Source: Methylococcaceae bacterium
GTDB lineage: Bacteria > Pseudomonadota > Gammaproteobacteria > Methylococcales > Methylomonadaceae
NCBI GenBank assembly: GCA_031970635.1
Contig: DALYHZ010000003.1
Location: forward strand, 927-35,462
Direction: 5' to 3'
Length of the DNA: 34,536 nucleotides
The position numbers and the translations under genes are program-made. Below the pieces are notes generated by a model that had not been told where the DNA came from, did not search any database, and worked only from the letters and a program-made list of their open reading frames with translations. This document shows, in pieces, positions 12,222 through 22,800 of the stretch (within the stretch, counting starts at the first letter, position 1; each line of letters begins with the position of its first letter).

Positions 12222-12820
12222 TTTTCTACTTGTCTGGTGTTTCGTTCGATGGCGAGGAGTACGAGAATCAAGCTAAATAAAGCAATCAAGGTCACTGCAC
12301 CAAAAACAAACGCGGCAAAATAGGTTTGTTGCAATCGACGTTCAGCTTTGGCGGAGCGTTCTTCTTCCAATTTCTTAAACTTCAATTGCTTGTACTTGTT
12401 GATTGCGTCAACAAATGGCAGTTTTAACTTGTCGGATTCGGTGACTGTTGCCGCCATTTCGTCGATAAAATTCTGTTGAGCATCGAGCGGCAAAACATCT
12501 AACCAACCGTTAAGCACTTTGATGTTTTCAGGTTCGTTAAAATGCTTTTGTAAAACAAACGGCAATTTCACGGATGGCAGAAGATTTAAGTTTGTTGGTG
12601 ATGGCGAAGAATAGGCTGAAGTTGTATTTTCAACAACGGGCGGTTTTATTGCGTCAGTCACTTCAAAGGCTGTGACTTGGGTATTGATGCCTTTAGAAAA
12701 ATCAACAAACAACATTCCAACAATACCGACGCTAATTAAAATACAGAAAATGATTAGTATGGCAAACACGCGGGTTAAACCAAATAAAAACTTTTTTTCA
12801 AACTTGTCTATAACTTTCAT
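12218..12820 (-). CDS. 200-aa protein with N- and C-terminal transmembrane helices, unknown function
   Basis: TM1 is VFAILIIFCILISVGIVGMLFV and TM2 is FAAFVFGAVTLIALFSLILVLLAI. The region between them is soluble and includes a charged helix, KKLEEERSAKAERRLQ. A 4-nt overlap links it to the 694-aa gene. I recognise no family. Confidence 0.55.
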   Translation of the reverse strand: MKVIDKFEKKFLFGLTRVFAILIIFCILISVGIVGMLFVDFSKGINTQVTAFEVTDAIKPPVVENTTSAYSSPSPTNLNLLPSVKLPFVLQKHFNEPENIKVLNGWLDVLPLDAQQNFIDEMAATVTESDKLKLPFVDAINKYKQLKFKKLEEERSAKAERRLQQTYFAAFVFGAVTLIALFSLILVLLAIERNTRQVEK

Positions 12821-12890
12821 ATTATTTTTCCGCCTTCTTTGGCTTAAAACTATTTGTTATGACACAAAAATCCAAAAGCAATAATCACAA

Positions 12891-14159
12891 CTACGCCCGA
12901 ATATGCCCATCACCCAACACAATATATTTAAGTGATGTTAAGCCTTTCAAGCCAACAGGACCTCTTGCATGTAATTTGTCGGTGCTAATACCAATTTCTG
13001 CGCCCAAACCATATTCAAAACCATCCGCAAAGCGTGTCGAGGCATTCACCATCACCGAACTCGAATCAACTTCACGCAAAAAACGTCGCGCTAATGTGTA
13101 ATCTTCCGTCACAATCGCTTCGGTGTGTTGCGAGCTGTATTGATGAATATGATTCATCGCTTCATCGATGCCGCTTACGATTTTTATCGACAAAATTGGC
13201 GCAAGATATTCGGTATGCCAATCTTCTTCCGTGGCGCGGATGCAATCAGCAAGTAATGAACAGGTTTTTGCACAACCGCGTAATTCAACCCCTTTTGAAT
13301 GATAAATTTTTGCCAATTCAGGTAATACTTTCGGTGCAATATTTTCTGCAACCAGCAATGTTTCCATCGCATTGCAAACGCCGTAGCGGTGTGTTTTCGC
13401 ATTCACAGCGATACGAATGGCTTTGTTTAAATCGGCTTTATCATCAATATAAACATGGCAAATGCCATCTAAATGTTTAATGACTGGAATCGTCGCTTCA
13501 TTGCTAATACGTTCGATTAAACTTTTCCCGCCGCGTGGCACAATTACATCAACAAACTGTTTCATCGTAATCAATTCACCAACTGCCGCGCGGTCTGTGG
13601 TTTCAACAATTTGCACCGCTGCTTCAGGCAATTCGGCTTCAATCAAACCTTGACGCACACACGCCGCAATCGCTTGATTAGAGTGAATCGCCTCCGACCC
13701 GCCACGCAAAATACACGCGTTGCCCGATTTCAAACATAGTGCCGCCGCATCAACGGTAACATTTGGGCGAGATTCATAAATAATCCCAATCACACCAAGC
13801 GGCACACGCATTTGTCCGACTTGAATACCGCTTGGACAATAACTTAAATCGGTGATTTCACCCACTGGGTCAGGCAACGACGCAACTTGAATTAACCCAT
13901 CAATCATGGCGCGAATGCCTTTTGGCGTAAGCGTTAATCTGTCTAACGCGGCATCGTCTAAACCATTTTCTTTACCGGCAATTAAATCTTTTTTGTTTTC
14001 TTCAATTAAATCGTTTTGTTTATCTTGCAACGCATTTGCAATGGCAATTAACGCACGATTTTTATAGTTCGTTTCAACGTGACTTAGGATGCGCGCGGCT
14101 TCTTTGGCTTTTTGTCCTAAGGTTTGCATATAATTTTCAATATTCATTTTCTCATCCAC
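12891..14159 (-). CDS. proA: Gamma-glutamyl phosphate reductase
   Basis: [74 protein letters not shown] and [10 protein letters not shown] are collinear with ProA. The ORF opens at GTG 14159, but the internal ATG 14147 (MNIENYMQ...) is the more likely start. Confidence 0.93.
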   Translation of the reverse strand: MDEKMNIENYMQTLGQKAKEAARILSHVETNYKNRALIAIANALQDKQNDLIEENKKDLIAGKENGLDDAALDRLTLTPKGIRAMIDGLIQVASLPDPVGEITDLSYCPSGIQVGQMRVPLGVIGIIYESRPNVTVDAAALCLKSGNACILRGGSEAIHSNQAIAACVRQGLIEAELPEAAVQIVETTDRAAVGELITMKQFVDVIVPRGGKSLIERISNEATIPVIKHLDGICHVYIDDKADLNKAIRIAVNAKTHRYGVCNAMETLLVAENIAPKVLPELAKIYHSKGVELRGCAKTCSLLADCIRATEEDWHTEYLAPILSIKIVSGIDEAMNHIHQYSSQHTEAIVTEDYTLARRFLREVDSSSVMVNASTRFADGFEYGLGAEIGISTDKLHARGPVGLKGLTSLKYIVLGDGHIRA

Positions 14160-14160
14160 A

Positions 14161-14673
14161 TTAAAAAATAATCCCTGTCATTTTACATAAAAGCAATCCA
14201 CCACCGGCAAAAATTCCTGCTAAAACATCATCAAGCATAATACCAAAGCCGCCTGTTACATGTTTATCAATCCATTTAATGGGGAACGGTTTCAAAATAT
14301 CAAAGAAACGAAATAGCACAAATCCTAATAAAGCCGCCTGCCAGCTAAACGGTACAAACCATAGCGTAATCAAATAACCGGCAATTTCATCCCAAACAAT
14401 GCCATTAAAATCATGTTCACCAAGCAAATTCGCCGCTTCGTCACAAATTTTAATTCCGATTAACGTCACGATTATTGTAAGCAGGCTGTAAAGCAAAAAT
14501 GGTGTTTGCGCGAATAACAAATACATGGGAATTGCCGCCACTGTGCCACAAGTTCCCGGTGCTTTTTTAACGAGTCCTGAACCAAAACCGAAAGCTAAAA
14601 ATAAAATTGGATTTTTTAAAATTTGAATCAGCGAGAGTTGATTTTTGCCGTAATGCTCAAGAAAAATGTTCAT
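14161..14673 (-). CDS. pgpA: Phosphatidylglycerophosphatase A
   Basis: [31 protein letters not shown] and [13 protein letters not shown] match PgpA. ATG 14673 is preferred over the TTG at 14697. thiL-pgpA synteny is present, and the gene overlaps the thiL stop. Confidence 0.9.
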   Translation of the reverse strand: MNIFLEHYGKNQLSLIQILKNPILFLAFGFGSGLVKKAPGTCGTVAAIPMYLLFAQTPFLLYSLLTIIVTLIGIKICDEAANLLGEHDFNGIVWDEIAGYLITLWFVPFSWQAALLGFVLFRFFDILKPFPIKWIDKHVTGGFGIMLDDVLAGIFAGGGLLLCKMTGIIF

Positions 14674-15586
14674 AACCTTTTGCGGTGAATGTTTCAATGT
14701 GACCGGATTTTTTTAAACGTAAGCCTAATTCTGCTTCGATAATACCGATGAGTGTGCAATTTTCAGGAACGCGATGTGCGTGTTGTGTAGGAACGGTAAA
14801 ACATAATTCGTAATCATCACCTGCAATGAGTGGCATAAATGTATCACCTGTCTTTTCAAGGTAATGTTTAACCTCGTCTGAAAGCGGTAATTTTTCCCAT
14901 TCCAAACAGGCACCAACATGACTTTGTTTTAAAATATGTCCTAAATCACTGACTAAACCATCTGAAATATCAATACATGCACTGGCAATGCCGCGTAACG
15001 CTAAACCCGTTTCAATGCGTGGCAATGGCTCGTGAAAACGGAGGAGGGCATTTTCTGCGTTGCAAGCATAGCCTTGTTTCATTTTTAACCCTAATCCCGC
15101 TTCGCCCAATAAGCCAGTCATGTAAATTAAATCACCAACTTGCGCGGTAGAGCGTTTTAATGATTGACCACACGGTACTAATCCCATGGCTTGCACTGTT
15201 AATGTTAAAGCCCCTTTTGTAGTATCGCCGCCAATTAAATCAACGCTATAACGTCGTGCTAAATTTAAAAAACCTTTTGAAAATTCACTTAACCATGCTT
15301 CATTAACATTCGGTAGCGTCAATGCTAATGTAACGGCTAACGGTTTTGCACCCATTGCCGCCAAATCACTTAAATTGACGGCTAATAATTTATGTCCTAA
15401 TTGCGCGGGATTGGCATCGGCGAAAAAATGTACACCTTCAACCATCGTGTCTGTGGTTATGGCAAGTTTGTAGCCATTAGGAATTGACAGCAATGCACAA
15501 TCGTCACCAATCCCTAATTGTGTTTCAGGATTAGGTGACGCAGATGTTTTAAAGAAAGTATCGATTAAAGAAAACTCAGAAAGCAT
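14657..15586 (-). CDS. thiL: Thiamine-monophosphate kinase
   Basis: The product has the PurM/AIR-synthase-like fold. GIGDDCALL, TTDTMVEGVHF, GHKLLAVNLSDLAAMGA, LIGGDTT and ACIDISDGL are typical of ThiL. Confidence 0.9.
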   Translation of the reverse strand: MLSEFSLIDTFFKTSASPNPETQLGIGDDCALLSIPNGYKLAITTDTMVEGVHFFADANPAQLGHKLLAVNLSDLAAMGAKPLAVTLALTLPNVNEAWLSEFSKGFLNLARRYSVDLIGGDTTKGALTLTVQAMGLVPCGQSLKRSTAQVGDLIYMTGLLGEAGLGLKMKQGYACNAENALLRFHEPLPRIETGLALRGIASACIDISDGLVSDLGHILKQSHVGACLEWEKLPLSDEVKHYLEKTGDTFMPLIAGDDYELCFTVPTQHAHRVPENCTLIGIIEAELGLRLKKSGHIETFTAKGYEHFS

Positions 15587-15600
15587 AGAATCCCTGTAAA

Positions 15601-17340
15601 TTAACGAGTTGTGATGCTCATTTCACGTCTGACAACCCTAAAAACACTTTTGCCACGATTTTCTTGCGCTTTCCATGAGACATTGTTAATTTGAACCTCG
15701 CTCCCCGTGTAAACACCAAAGGATGCAATAATCCTTGCGTCTTCAATATTTTTCATATTTGCAATTAACTCTGCTAATTCGGCGCGATACACATCCGCTT
15801 CAATCATTAGCTTACTCAACGTGTGATGCAATTTTTCCAAGGTTTCGTCGTTTCTTTTTTCGGGATGTTTTTCGAGAAATGCCAAAACGGTTTTAATGTC
15901 ATTTTGACTTTTGGTATTTAGCGCAAATGCGTTTTTTATTTCTGCAGCACGTTTTTGAACATAAGGATTCGTACCGACTTGAATGCGTGTTTTCATGCCG
16001 GCACTTGAACCGATAAGCGTGGCTTTTACTAATGCCATTGCCCACGTTATCCCACCGATGACAGCTGATTTTGTTCCTCCCATTTTGCTGCCAATGACGA
16101 TTTTGTTTTGTGCCATTAGATGATTATTCATTGAATGTTTTTCAATCACGATGTCAAGCCCTGCTTCAATGACAAAATTTTCAGCATATCCAATACAGAC
16201 CGAACCGCGTGTAATGATTTTTGCCGCATGTTCTTCGTCTTTTTGAAGTTCTGTTTTGCTATAGCCTTGAAGACCGCCTTTTACAATCACACCGCCGCCC
16301 GCAAGCAATTCGGTATTTCCTGTGACACTTCCTTTAATGACCAAATTTCCCATGCACTCAATTTTTGAATTAAAAACGTTACCGTCGATTGTAATATCTT
16401 CGAGCGCAAATATTTTCATGCCTTCTTTAACATCGCCATTTACGACAACTGAGCCATTAAAACGAATATTTCCTGATAATAAATCGACGCGTTTTACAGT
16501 TAAAACGGGTAGGACAATCATACCATGCGGTACTAAAACCGGTTGCCCTGTAATGGTTGAGATGAGTTGATTTTCATTTTCCGGATTGACGCAAACGCCT
16601 TTTTGATCACCAGAAAAAGGAATCTCTGCTCCCCCAGTGGGTTTGACAATTTTGCCTAAAACATTACGTCCTTCTTCGCCTTTTACAGGAGGGATTCGAT
16701 GAACTAAGACCGCATCTTTATGCACAACGACAATGTCACCTAATTCGCGATAATCAACAATGCCATCTTCGTTTACCAGCGGTTTGCGTTCATGTAATTC
16801 GAGTTCGGGAATTAAATTTACAAATTGTGTATCGACGCCATTGATCGGTTCAAATCCTTGTGCAATAACAAATTCAAAAACCTGTTCTTTTGCTAAAACA
16901 GCTTCAATTTCTTCTGTTGAGACGACACCCCAAACAATCCCTTTTTCTTGTAGTAAATTTTGTATATCAAAAAGTGTAACACGCTTACCGCCGAAATTGG
17001 GAGTTAAGGTCAAATAGGCTTGCATTTGGTCCTCAGAAAGGGTGATTTCACATGTCGCATCACGTTGTTCGCCAATTTCGAATTCAAAACGCTCACTGCT
17101 AGTATTGTGATAGCGATAAATTAAATCGGATACTAAATAATCGTTAATGAATAAATGTGAAAGATGTTTTTTTTCTAAACGATCTTTAACAATTTGTGCA
17201 GATAATTCAATTTTGTCATCGCATGGGACAACAACTGCAAATAATTTGTGACTGTTTGAATTTAATTTGAAATCCAGCCCATTTTCTATTCCATCAATCA
17301 TAATGCAATACCATGTGTTATTTTTATTAAAATTCTTCAT
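15601..17340 (-). CDS. DUF342/FapA-family protein (flagellar assembly protein A-like)
   Basis: The N-terminal part contains LSEDQMQAYLTLTP...LLQEKGIVWGV. It is followed by GEEGRNVLGKIV and a long beta-helix-like stretch (GNIRFNGSVVVNGDVKEGMKIFALEDITIDGNV...GGVIVKGG...). The C-terminus is a coiled coil. This is the standard DUF342 layout. The true start may be the internal Met at 17301. Confidence 0.75.
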   Translation of the reverse strand: MKNFNKNNTWYCIMIDGIENGLDFKLNSNSHKLFAVVVPCDDKIELSAQIVKDRLEKKHLSHLFINDYLVSDLIYRYHNTSSERFEFEIGEQRDATCEITLSEDQMQAYLTLTPNFGGKRVTLFDIQNLLQEKGIVWGVVSTEEIEAVLAKEQVFEFVIAQGFEPINGVDTQFVNLIPELELHERKPLVNEDGIVDYRELGDIVVVHKDAVLVHRIPPVKGEEGRNVLGKIVKPTGGAEIPFSGDQKGVCVNPENENQLISTITGQPVLVPHGMIVLPVLTVKRVDLLSGNIRFNGSVVVNGDVKEGMKIFALEDITIDGNVFNSKIECMGNLVIKGSVTGNTELLAGGGVIVKGGLQGYSKTELQKDEEHAAKIITRGSVCIGYAENFVIEAGLDIVIEKHSMNNHLMAQNKIVIGSKMGGTKSAVIGGITWAMALVKATLIGSSAGMKTRIQVGTNPYVQKRAAEIKNAFALNTKSQNDIKTVLAFLEKHPEKRNDETLEKLHHTLSKLMIEADVYRAELAELIANMKNIEDARIIASFGVYTGSEVQINNVSWKAQENRGKSVFRVVRREMSITTR

Positions 17341-17435
17341 TGTAAGAATTTTTCAATAAATTGTCGGAACTACGTCACAGAAATGGAATTTCAATTCTTT
17401 AACATAAGAAATAATGTTGATAAGGGATTTTTAAT

Positions 17436-17462
17436 TAAAGTTTAGATGGCTTATGCCGATAC
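17436..17462 (+). promoter_or_regulatory. Sigma-28 (FliA)-type promoter TAAAGTTT-N11-GCCGATAC
   Basis: It matches 15/16 positions of the class-3 flagellar promoter consensus TAAAGTTT-N11-GCCGATAA with the exact 11-nt spacer. It is intergenic, correctly oriented and 84 nt upstream of ATG 17547. Confidence 0.75.
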
Positions 17463-17546
17463 CGACAAAGCGGTTCTTTAGCATTTAAAAAGTCCGTCAG
17501 TTAAGGTAGCGAGATTACTTACACTTATCAATTGAGGTAAACGATT

Positions 17547-18179
17547 ATGACAACTTCAACAATTAGTTCGCCAGCAGCATCATTCTTAACGCAAAACATT
17601 CAAAGTGTTAATACACAATCGAAAACGAATAATGATAAAGAGAATTCAGGGGCATTAGGCATTACTGCTATTAACACTGCTGGTTCATTTTTACAAAATG
17701 TTATACAGTCTCTACAAGGTTTGGGCTTAAATGTTTCCGGTGTTGGTAGCACACAAACTGCGGCAGTCACAGGTTCATCCTCTGCAACATCATCGAATAC
17801 AAGTAAAGCCTTGCAAACTTTTTTGTATGATTTATACAAGGTTTTAAATCAGGGGCGTTCTGAACAAACATCCTCTGATAGCACGAGCTCTGATGATTAC
17901 AATAGTTCGCAGGTTGCAAATGTACAAAACACATACAACGACCCTAATGCAAACTTGCAAAATTTAATCAATTCGCTTGGCGATAAAACAAACAGTAACA
18001 CTGGAAAAAATGCCACATTACAAACTGATTTTGCTAATCTTGTCCAATCATTGGGTGGTTCAACGTCGTCTTCAACAACGACTAATTTGCAAAGCTTTTT
18101 AAAACAATTATCAGCAAATACCGGAAATGGTAATTCGCTAGTAGGCGGTTTAGGTTCTCTTTTCTCGGCAGTTGCTTAA
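17547..18179 (+). CDS. Orphan 210-aa Ser/Thr/Asn/Gln-rich protein, a candidate flagellum-co-expressed or exported protein
   Basis: A GAGG SD lies 9 nt upstream. There is no signal peptide, TM segment, Cys, Trp or His. Five amphipathic LQxhhxxL-type segments are separated by S/T/N spacers. A sigma-28 promoter lies upstream and a hairpin downstream. Confidence 0.65.
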   Translation: MTTSTISSPAASFLTQNIQSVNTQSKTNNDKENSGALGITAINTAGSFLQNVIQSLQGLGLNVSGVGSTQTAAVTGSSSATSSNTSKALQTFLYDLYKVLNQGRSEQTSSDSTSSDDYNSSQVANVQNTYNDPNANLQNLINSLGDKTNSNTGKNATLQTDFANLVQSLGGSTSSSTTTNLQSFLKQLSANTGNGNSLVGGLGSLFSAVA

Positions 18180-18192
18180 ATTCACGAAAATT

Positions 18193-18227
18193 AACATCCT
18201 TCCTAAGCTCTCAATTGGAAGGATGTT
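18193..18227 (+). terminator. Perfect 11-bp stem-loop after the 210-aa gene, a probable terminator
   Basis: AACATCCTTCC (18193-18203) pairs with GGAAGGATGTT (18217-18227) around a 13-nt loop. No clear T-run follows the stem. Confidence 0.5.
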
Positions 18228-18305
18228 GATGCACAACAAATAGCTTCTATCTAAAACCACGTTACAATAGGCTACTTTTTAGCCTCTATTCTTCAAAATT
18301 CAACT

Positions 18306-19763
18306 ATGCAATACCGCGATTTACGCGATTTTATTCAGCAACTCGAAAAACAAGGCGAACTCAAACGCACCAATTATCAAGCCGATCCTTATTTAGAAAT
18401 CACCGAAATTTGTGATCGCACGCTCAAGCAACAGGGCGCAGCATTATTGTTTGAACGTCCGAAAGGTTATAACGTGCCGTTGCTTGGCAATTTATTTGGT
18501 ACACCGCACCGCGTCGCAATGGGCATGGGTGCAGATTCACTAAGTGCCTTGCGCGAAATAGGACATTTACTGGCATATCTAAAAGAACCGGAACCGCCTA
18601 AGGGTTTTCGTGACGCTATGGAAAAGATCCCTGTGTTCAAGCAGGTGTTAAATATGTCGCCAAAAATTATAAAAAATCCGCCGTGTCAGGAAAATGTGTT
18701 GCGTGGCGATGAAATAGATTTAGGACGTTATCCGATTCAACATTGCTGGCCAGGTGATGTTGCGCCGCTGATTACTTGGGCATTGGTGATTACCAAAGGT
18801 CCAAATAAAGAGCGGCAGAATATGGGCGTTTATCGGCAACAAGTATTGGGAAAAAATAAAACGATTATGCGCTGGCTTGCACATCGTGGTGGCGCGTTGG
18901 ATTTTAAAGAATGGCAGGACGTACATCCGAATGAACCGTTCCCCGTTACGGTGGTTTTGGGGGCTGACCCTGCGACGATTTTAGCGGCTGTCACGCCTGT
19001 TCCTGATTCGCTTTCAGAATATGCGTTTGCTGGTTTATTGCGCGGCAGTAAAACCGAACTTGCCGATTGTTTGAGTAATAATTTACAAGTGCCTGCCAGT
19101 GCGGAAATTGTTTTAGAAGGTTTTATTTATCCCAATGAAACCGCACCCGAAGGTCCTTATGGCGATCATACCGGTTATTACAACGAAGTAAGTGATTTTC
19201 CAGTATTTACGATTGAAACCATTACTGAGCGTACCAATCCGATTTATCACAGCACTTACACTGGTCGTCCACCTGACGAACCTGCAATTTTAGGCGTGGC
19301 GTTAAACGAAGTGTTTATCCCGATTTTGCAAAAACAGTTTCCTGAAATTATTGATTTCTATTTGCCACCCGAAGGCTGTTCATATCGCATGGCAGTGATT
19401 AGTATGAAAAAACAATATGCCGGTCACGCTAAACGGGTGATGCTCGGAACGTGGTCATTTTTGCGGCAATTCATGTACACAAAATTTGTAATTGTCGTGG
19501 ATGACGATATTAACGTGCGGGATTGGCAGGATGTGATTTGGGCAATTACTACACGCATGGATCCAGCGCGAGATTTAACGATTTTAGAAAATACGCCGAT
19601 TGATTATTTAGATTTTGCCTCGCCTGTTTCGGGATTAGGTTCAAAAGTGGGCTTTGATGCCACGAATAAATGGGCTGGCGAAACCAATCGAGAGTGGGGC
19701 AGAACGATTACCATGTCCCCAGACATTATTCAGCGGGTGAATGAGATTTGGGATATGTTGTAA
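18306..19763 (+). CDS. ubiD: 4-hydroxy-3-polyprenylbenzoate decarboxylase
   Basis: [70 protein letters not shown] and [14 protein letters not shown] are collinear with E. coli UbiD. Confidence 0.95.
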   Translation: MQYRDLRDFIQQLEKQGELKRTNYQADPYLEITEICDRTLKQQGAALLFERPKGYNVPLLGNLFGTPHRVAMGMGADSLSALREIGHLLAYLKEPEPPKGFRDAMEKIPVFKQVLNMSPKIIKNPPCQENVLRGDEIDLGRYPIQHCWPGDVAPLITWALVITKGPNKERQNMGVYRQQVLGKNKTIMRWLAHRGGALDFKEWQDVHPNEPFPVTVVLGADPATILAAVTPVPDSLSEYAFAGLLRGSKTELADCLSNNLQVPASAEIVLEGFIYPNETAPEGPYGDHTGYYNEVSDFPVFTIETITERTNPIYHSTYTGRPPDEPAILGVALNEVFIPILQKQFPEIIDFYLPPEGCSYRMAVISMKKQYAGHAKRVMLGTWSFLRQFMYTKFVIVVDDDINVRDWQDVIWAITTRMDPARDLTILENTPIDYLDFASPVSGLGSKVGFDATNKWAGETNREWGRTITMSPDIIQRVNEIWDML

Positions 19764-19765
19764 TC

Positions 19766-19806
19766 AAAAAAAACGCCCCTTAAAAAGTTAAGGGGCGTTT
19801 TTTATT
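19766..19806. terminator. Bidirectional rho-independent terminator between convergent ubiD and the 1009-aa gene
   Basis: AAAAAACGCCCCTTAA-aaag-TTAAGGGGCGTTTTTT forms a perfect stem flanked by A- and T-runs. Confidence 0.85.
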
Positions 19807-19853
19807 TTAAAGGAAAGTCAATCAAAACGACTCACTTCACCTCAAATGTGAAT

Positions 19854-22800
19854 TTATGCCACAAGCGCAAAGTTCGCCGCAACAAAGTCGCCTGAACTTA
19901 GTGAAGTAACACCTGTTAATGTGACCAAATCCGTGACGGTTGTCGAACTCGCTGCAAGTGTCGTTCCACCTGTAGCCATATTGACTGCTGAGACGTGACC
20001 AAGTGTGCCATCAGACCATACGACGAGAATATCATCATTTGCTGTTACCGCACTTGCAAAGGTCAAGGCTCTTGTACCACCTGTTTCGATTGCGGTTTGA
20101 ACAGCGGCGGCATTGGTAAATGTTGTGCCTACAAGTTCGATAATGTTATTGCCCGCCGCTAGTGTAGTTGCTGCACTCGCAGCCGTTACTGCAAGCGTAG
20201 AACTGGTTGTAACAGCTACGGCATTACCATCTTTTAGTGCAGAGATGTAACCCGTTGTTCCGCTCGTACCAGCATATCCCGTAAGTGAAATGCTTAACAC
20301 GTCACCACCTGTGCCTCTTGTAAAATCGGTAATCACATCAATTCCATTCAAAGTGGTTGCAAGTAGTTTAAATGTGTCAGCACCGCTACCACCCGTTAAA
20401 CTATCAACACCAACACCACCTGTGATCGTATCATTGCCAGAACCACCCGTAATGGTATCTGCTCCCGTACCGCCTGTGATTGATACTGTGCCTGTGCCTG
20501 CATAAGTGACATTATTTGCGTAATCGCCTAATGTTACAGTATCTGCGCCACCGCCACCATTGATAGTCACCACAGCCGCTGCGCCGCTGAAAGTAAGCGC
20601 ATCTACGCCAGAAGTACCTGTGATTGAAGTAAAGCCTGCTGTGCCAAAATCCGCACCTAATGTACCACTCGAAGATGTACCGCCAAAGGCTAACGTTGTA
20701 AAACCTGTAACATGGGCAAAATCACCAGAAACTAGTCCAGATGTTGCTGTGAAACTCAATGTATCGCCTGTATTACCACCACCGTTAATCGTTGCCGCAG
20801 CTAAAATATCTGTGTGATTTGCAACGATCACCGTATCTGCACCAGCCCCTGCAGTGATGCTATCAGCACCACCTGCACCGCTAATGGTATCTGCACCAGA
20901 ACTGCCTGTGATGGTATCTGCTAACGTGCTACTACCTGTGATATTTACAGCTGATTTGCCTGCGGTAATCACCGTTGATGCGGTTAGCCCTGTGACAGTT
21001 CCTGAGGTTTCAATACCTGCAGTGCTTGAAGAAGGTGAACTTCCTATCTTGGTTACATAGCCTTTTGTATCACGAATCCATGAAAGCGCATCTGCACTTA
21101 ATACAGCCACTTGTGTTTGAGTAAATGATTCAAGTTGTCCTGCATCGGTTGCGCTTAATGCCGCAAGTTGTGCAGTTGTAATAGCAGGCACTGCACTAGT
21201 CGTCAAAGAATGAATCGCACCTGTGCTAAGACCAGCTGTTAAACCTTTAAATGTGGCTGGTTTCATTTCGGCAATGACGCTACTGGTTAAAGCTGCGGCT
21301 TGGGTTGATGTTAAACCACCGATTTGAGTTGTTGAGGATGATAAAGATGGAGACTGATCTGCGGTTAATGCTGCAATATGCGCCGTATCAAATCCTAGTA
21401 AGTTTAAACTTTTAACTGCTTTCGGGTCTAGCACAGCAATAGCGGCTGTTGAGAGAGTCGCTGCTTGAGCAGATGATAGTTTAGCAACTTGTGGTTGCAA
21501 TAATGCAGCGGCTTGGTCTGCACCAAAAGAGGGTAATTGACCTGCTGCCGTTGTTGTCAAAACTGCCATTTGATTAGGTGTGAGAGCCGCGATTTGATCT
21601 GCTGACATGGAGGCAAACGCGGCAGCTTTAAGCGAAGGCACAGCTGCTGTTGTAATGGCTTTTAATGTGGCTGGTTGTAATGCTACAACGTCATCAGAGG
21701 TTAGATTTGCAACTTGTGTTGCAGACAATGCTTTGGCTTGTACTGGGGTTAAAGCCGCCGCTTGATCTGAAGTTAATAGAGCAATTTGTGCTGAATCTAA
21801 ACCAAGAATATTTTTTGCAGTTAAACCAGGAATCGATTGTGGGTCGATAGCAATTAACGATGCTGAGGCAATGGCGTGTACTTGTGCAGATGTTAATGCC
21901 GACATCGCTTGAGGTGTTAATAATGACGCGCCAGTTGAATCGATAGCCGCTATAGATGTTGTGCTTAAATAACCAAATTGTGCAGGTTTTAATGCCGCAA
22001 GTTGCCCATCACCTACCAAATAAGAGAGTGTTAACCCCGCCATATTCGTTTTATTAAAGCCGGCAATTGCGGGAAGACTTAATACGGCTACATCATCTGG
22101 TGTTAATGCCGCCACTTTTGCAGAAGTTAACGCGCCAATTTGTGCGGCTGTAATGGCGGGAGCTTGATCGATAGTAATTGCAGCCAATTGCGCCGTGGTT
22201 AATGCACCAAATGTTTTAGCCGGAAGTGCAGACAAAAATGTGTTGCTTAGTGTTGCCACAATTTCTGTTGGTAACAGCGCTATAGATTTAGAAGAAAACG
22301 AAGCGGCTTGAGTCGTTGTCAAAGCGGCAATTTGATCAGCTGTTAAACCAAGCGCTTGCGCAGAACCAATAGCACCAATTTGGGCAGGCGTTAAAGCGGC
22401 AATTTCGGTTGGCGTTAACAACGCCATACTGTCTGAGGTTAATAAGTTAATTTTTAACCCTGCCAATCCACCAGGTGTTTTTGCAGTGCCAATAGAGAAT
22501 GCGCCTAAGTGATCGCTATCTAGAGCAATCAATTGGCTTTTAGTCAATGCTGTCACTTGATCGGATGTCAATGCTGTGATTTGGGTTGGCGTAAATCCGT
22601 TCAACTGGTCAGTCGTCAACGCTACAATTTCTGCTGTTGTCAAACCTGGAATTGCTTTTGATGAAATGCCTGCTAAAGCTCCGGGATCGATATTTTTCAA
22701 TTGGCTGACGGGCAAAGAAGTGATGTTTTTAACGGTTAATGTTGCTAATAAATCGGCTGTCAATCCTGCCGCTTGCGTTTTTGTCAGCACTGCAAAATCA

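Noticed and set aside
18830-18837. TTATCGGC (reverse complement of a perfect GCCGATAA) inside ubiD
   Set aside because: No AAACTTTA-like element lies at the required spacing. It is inside a coding region and there is no - strand gene to drive.
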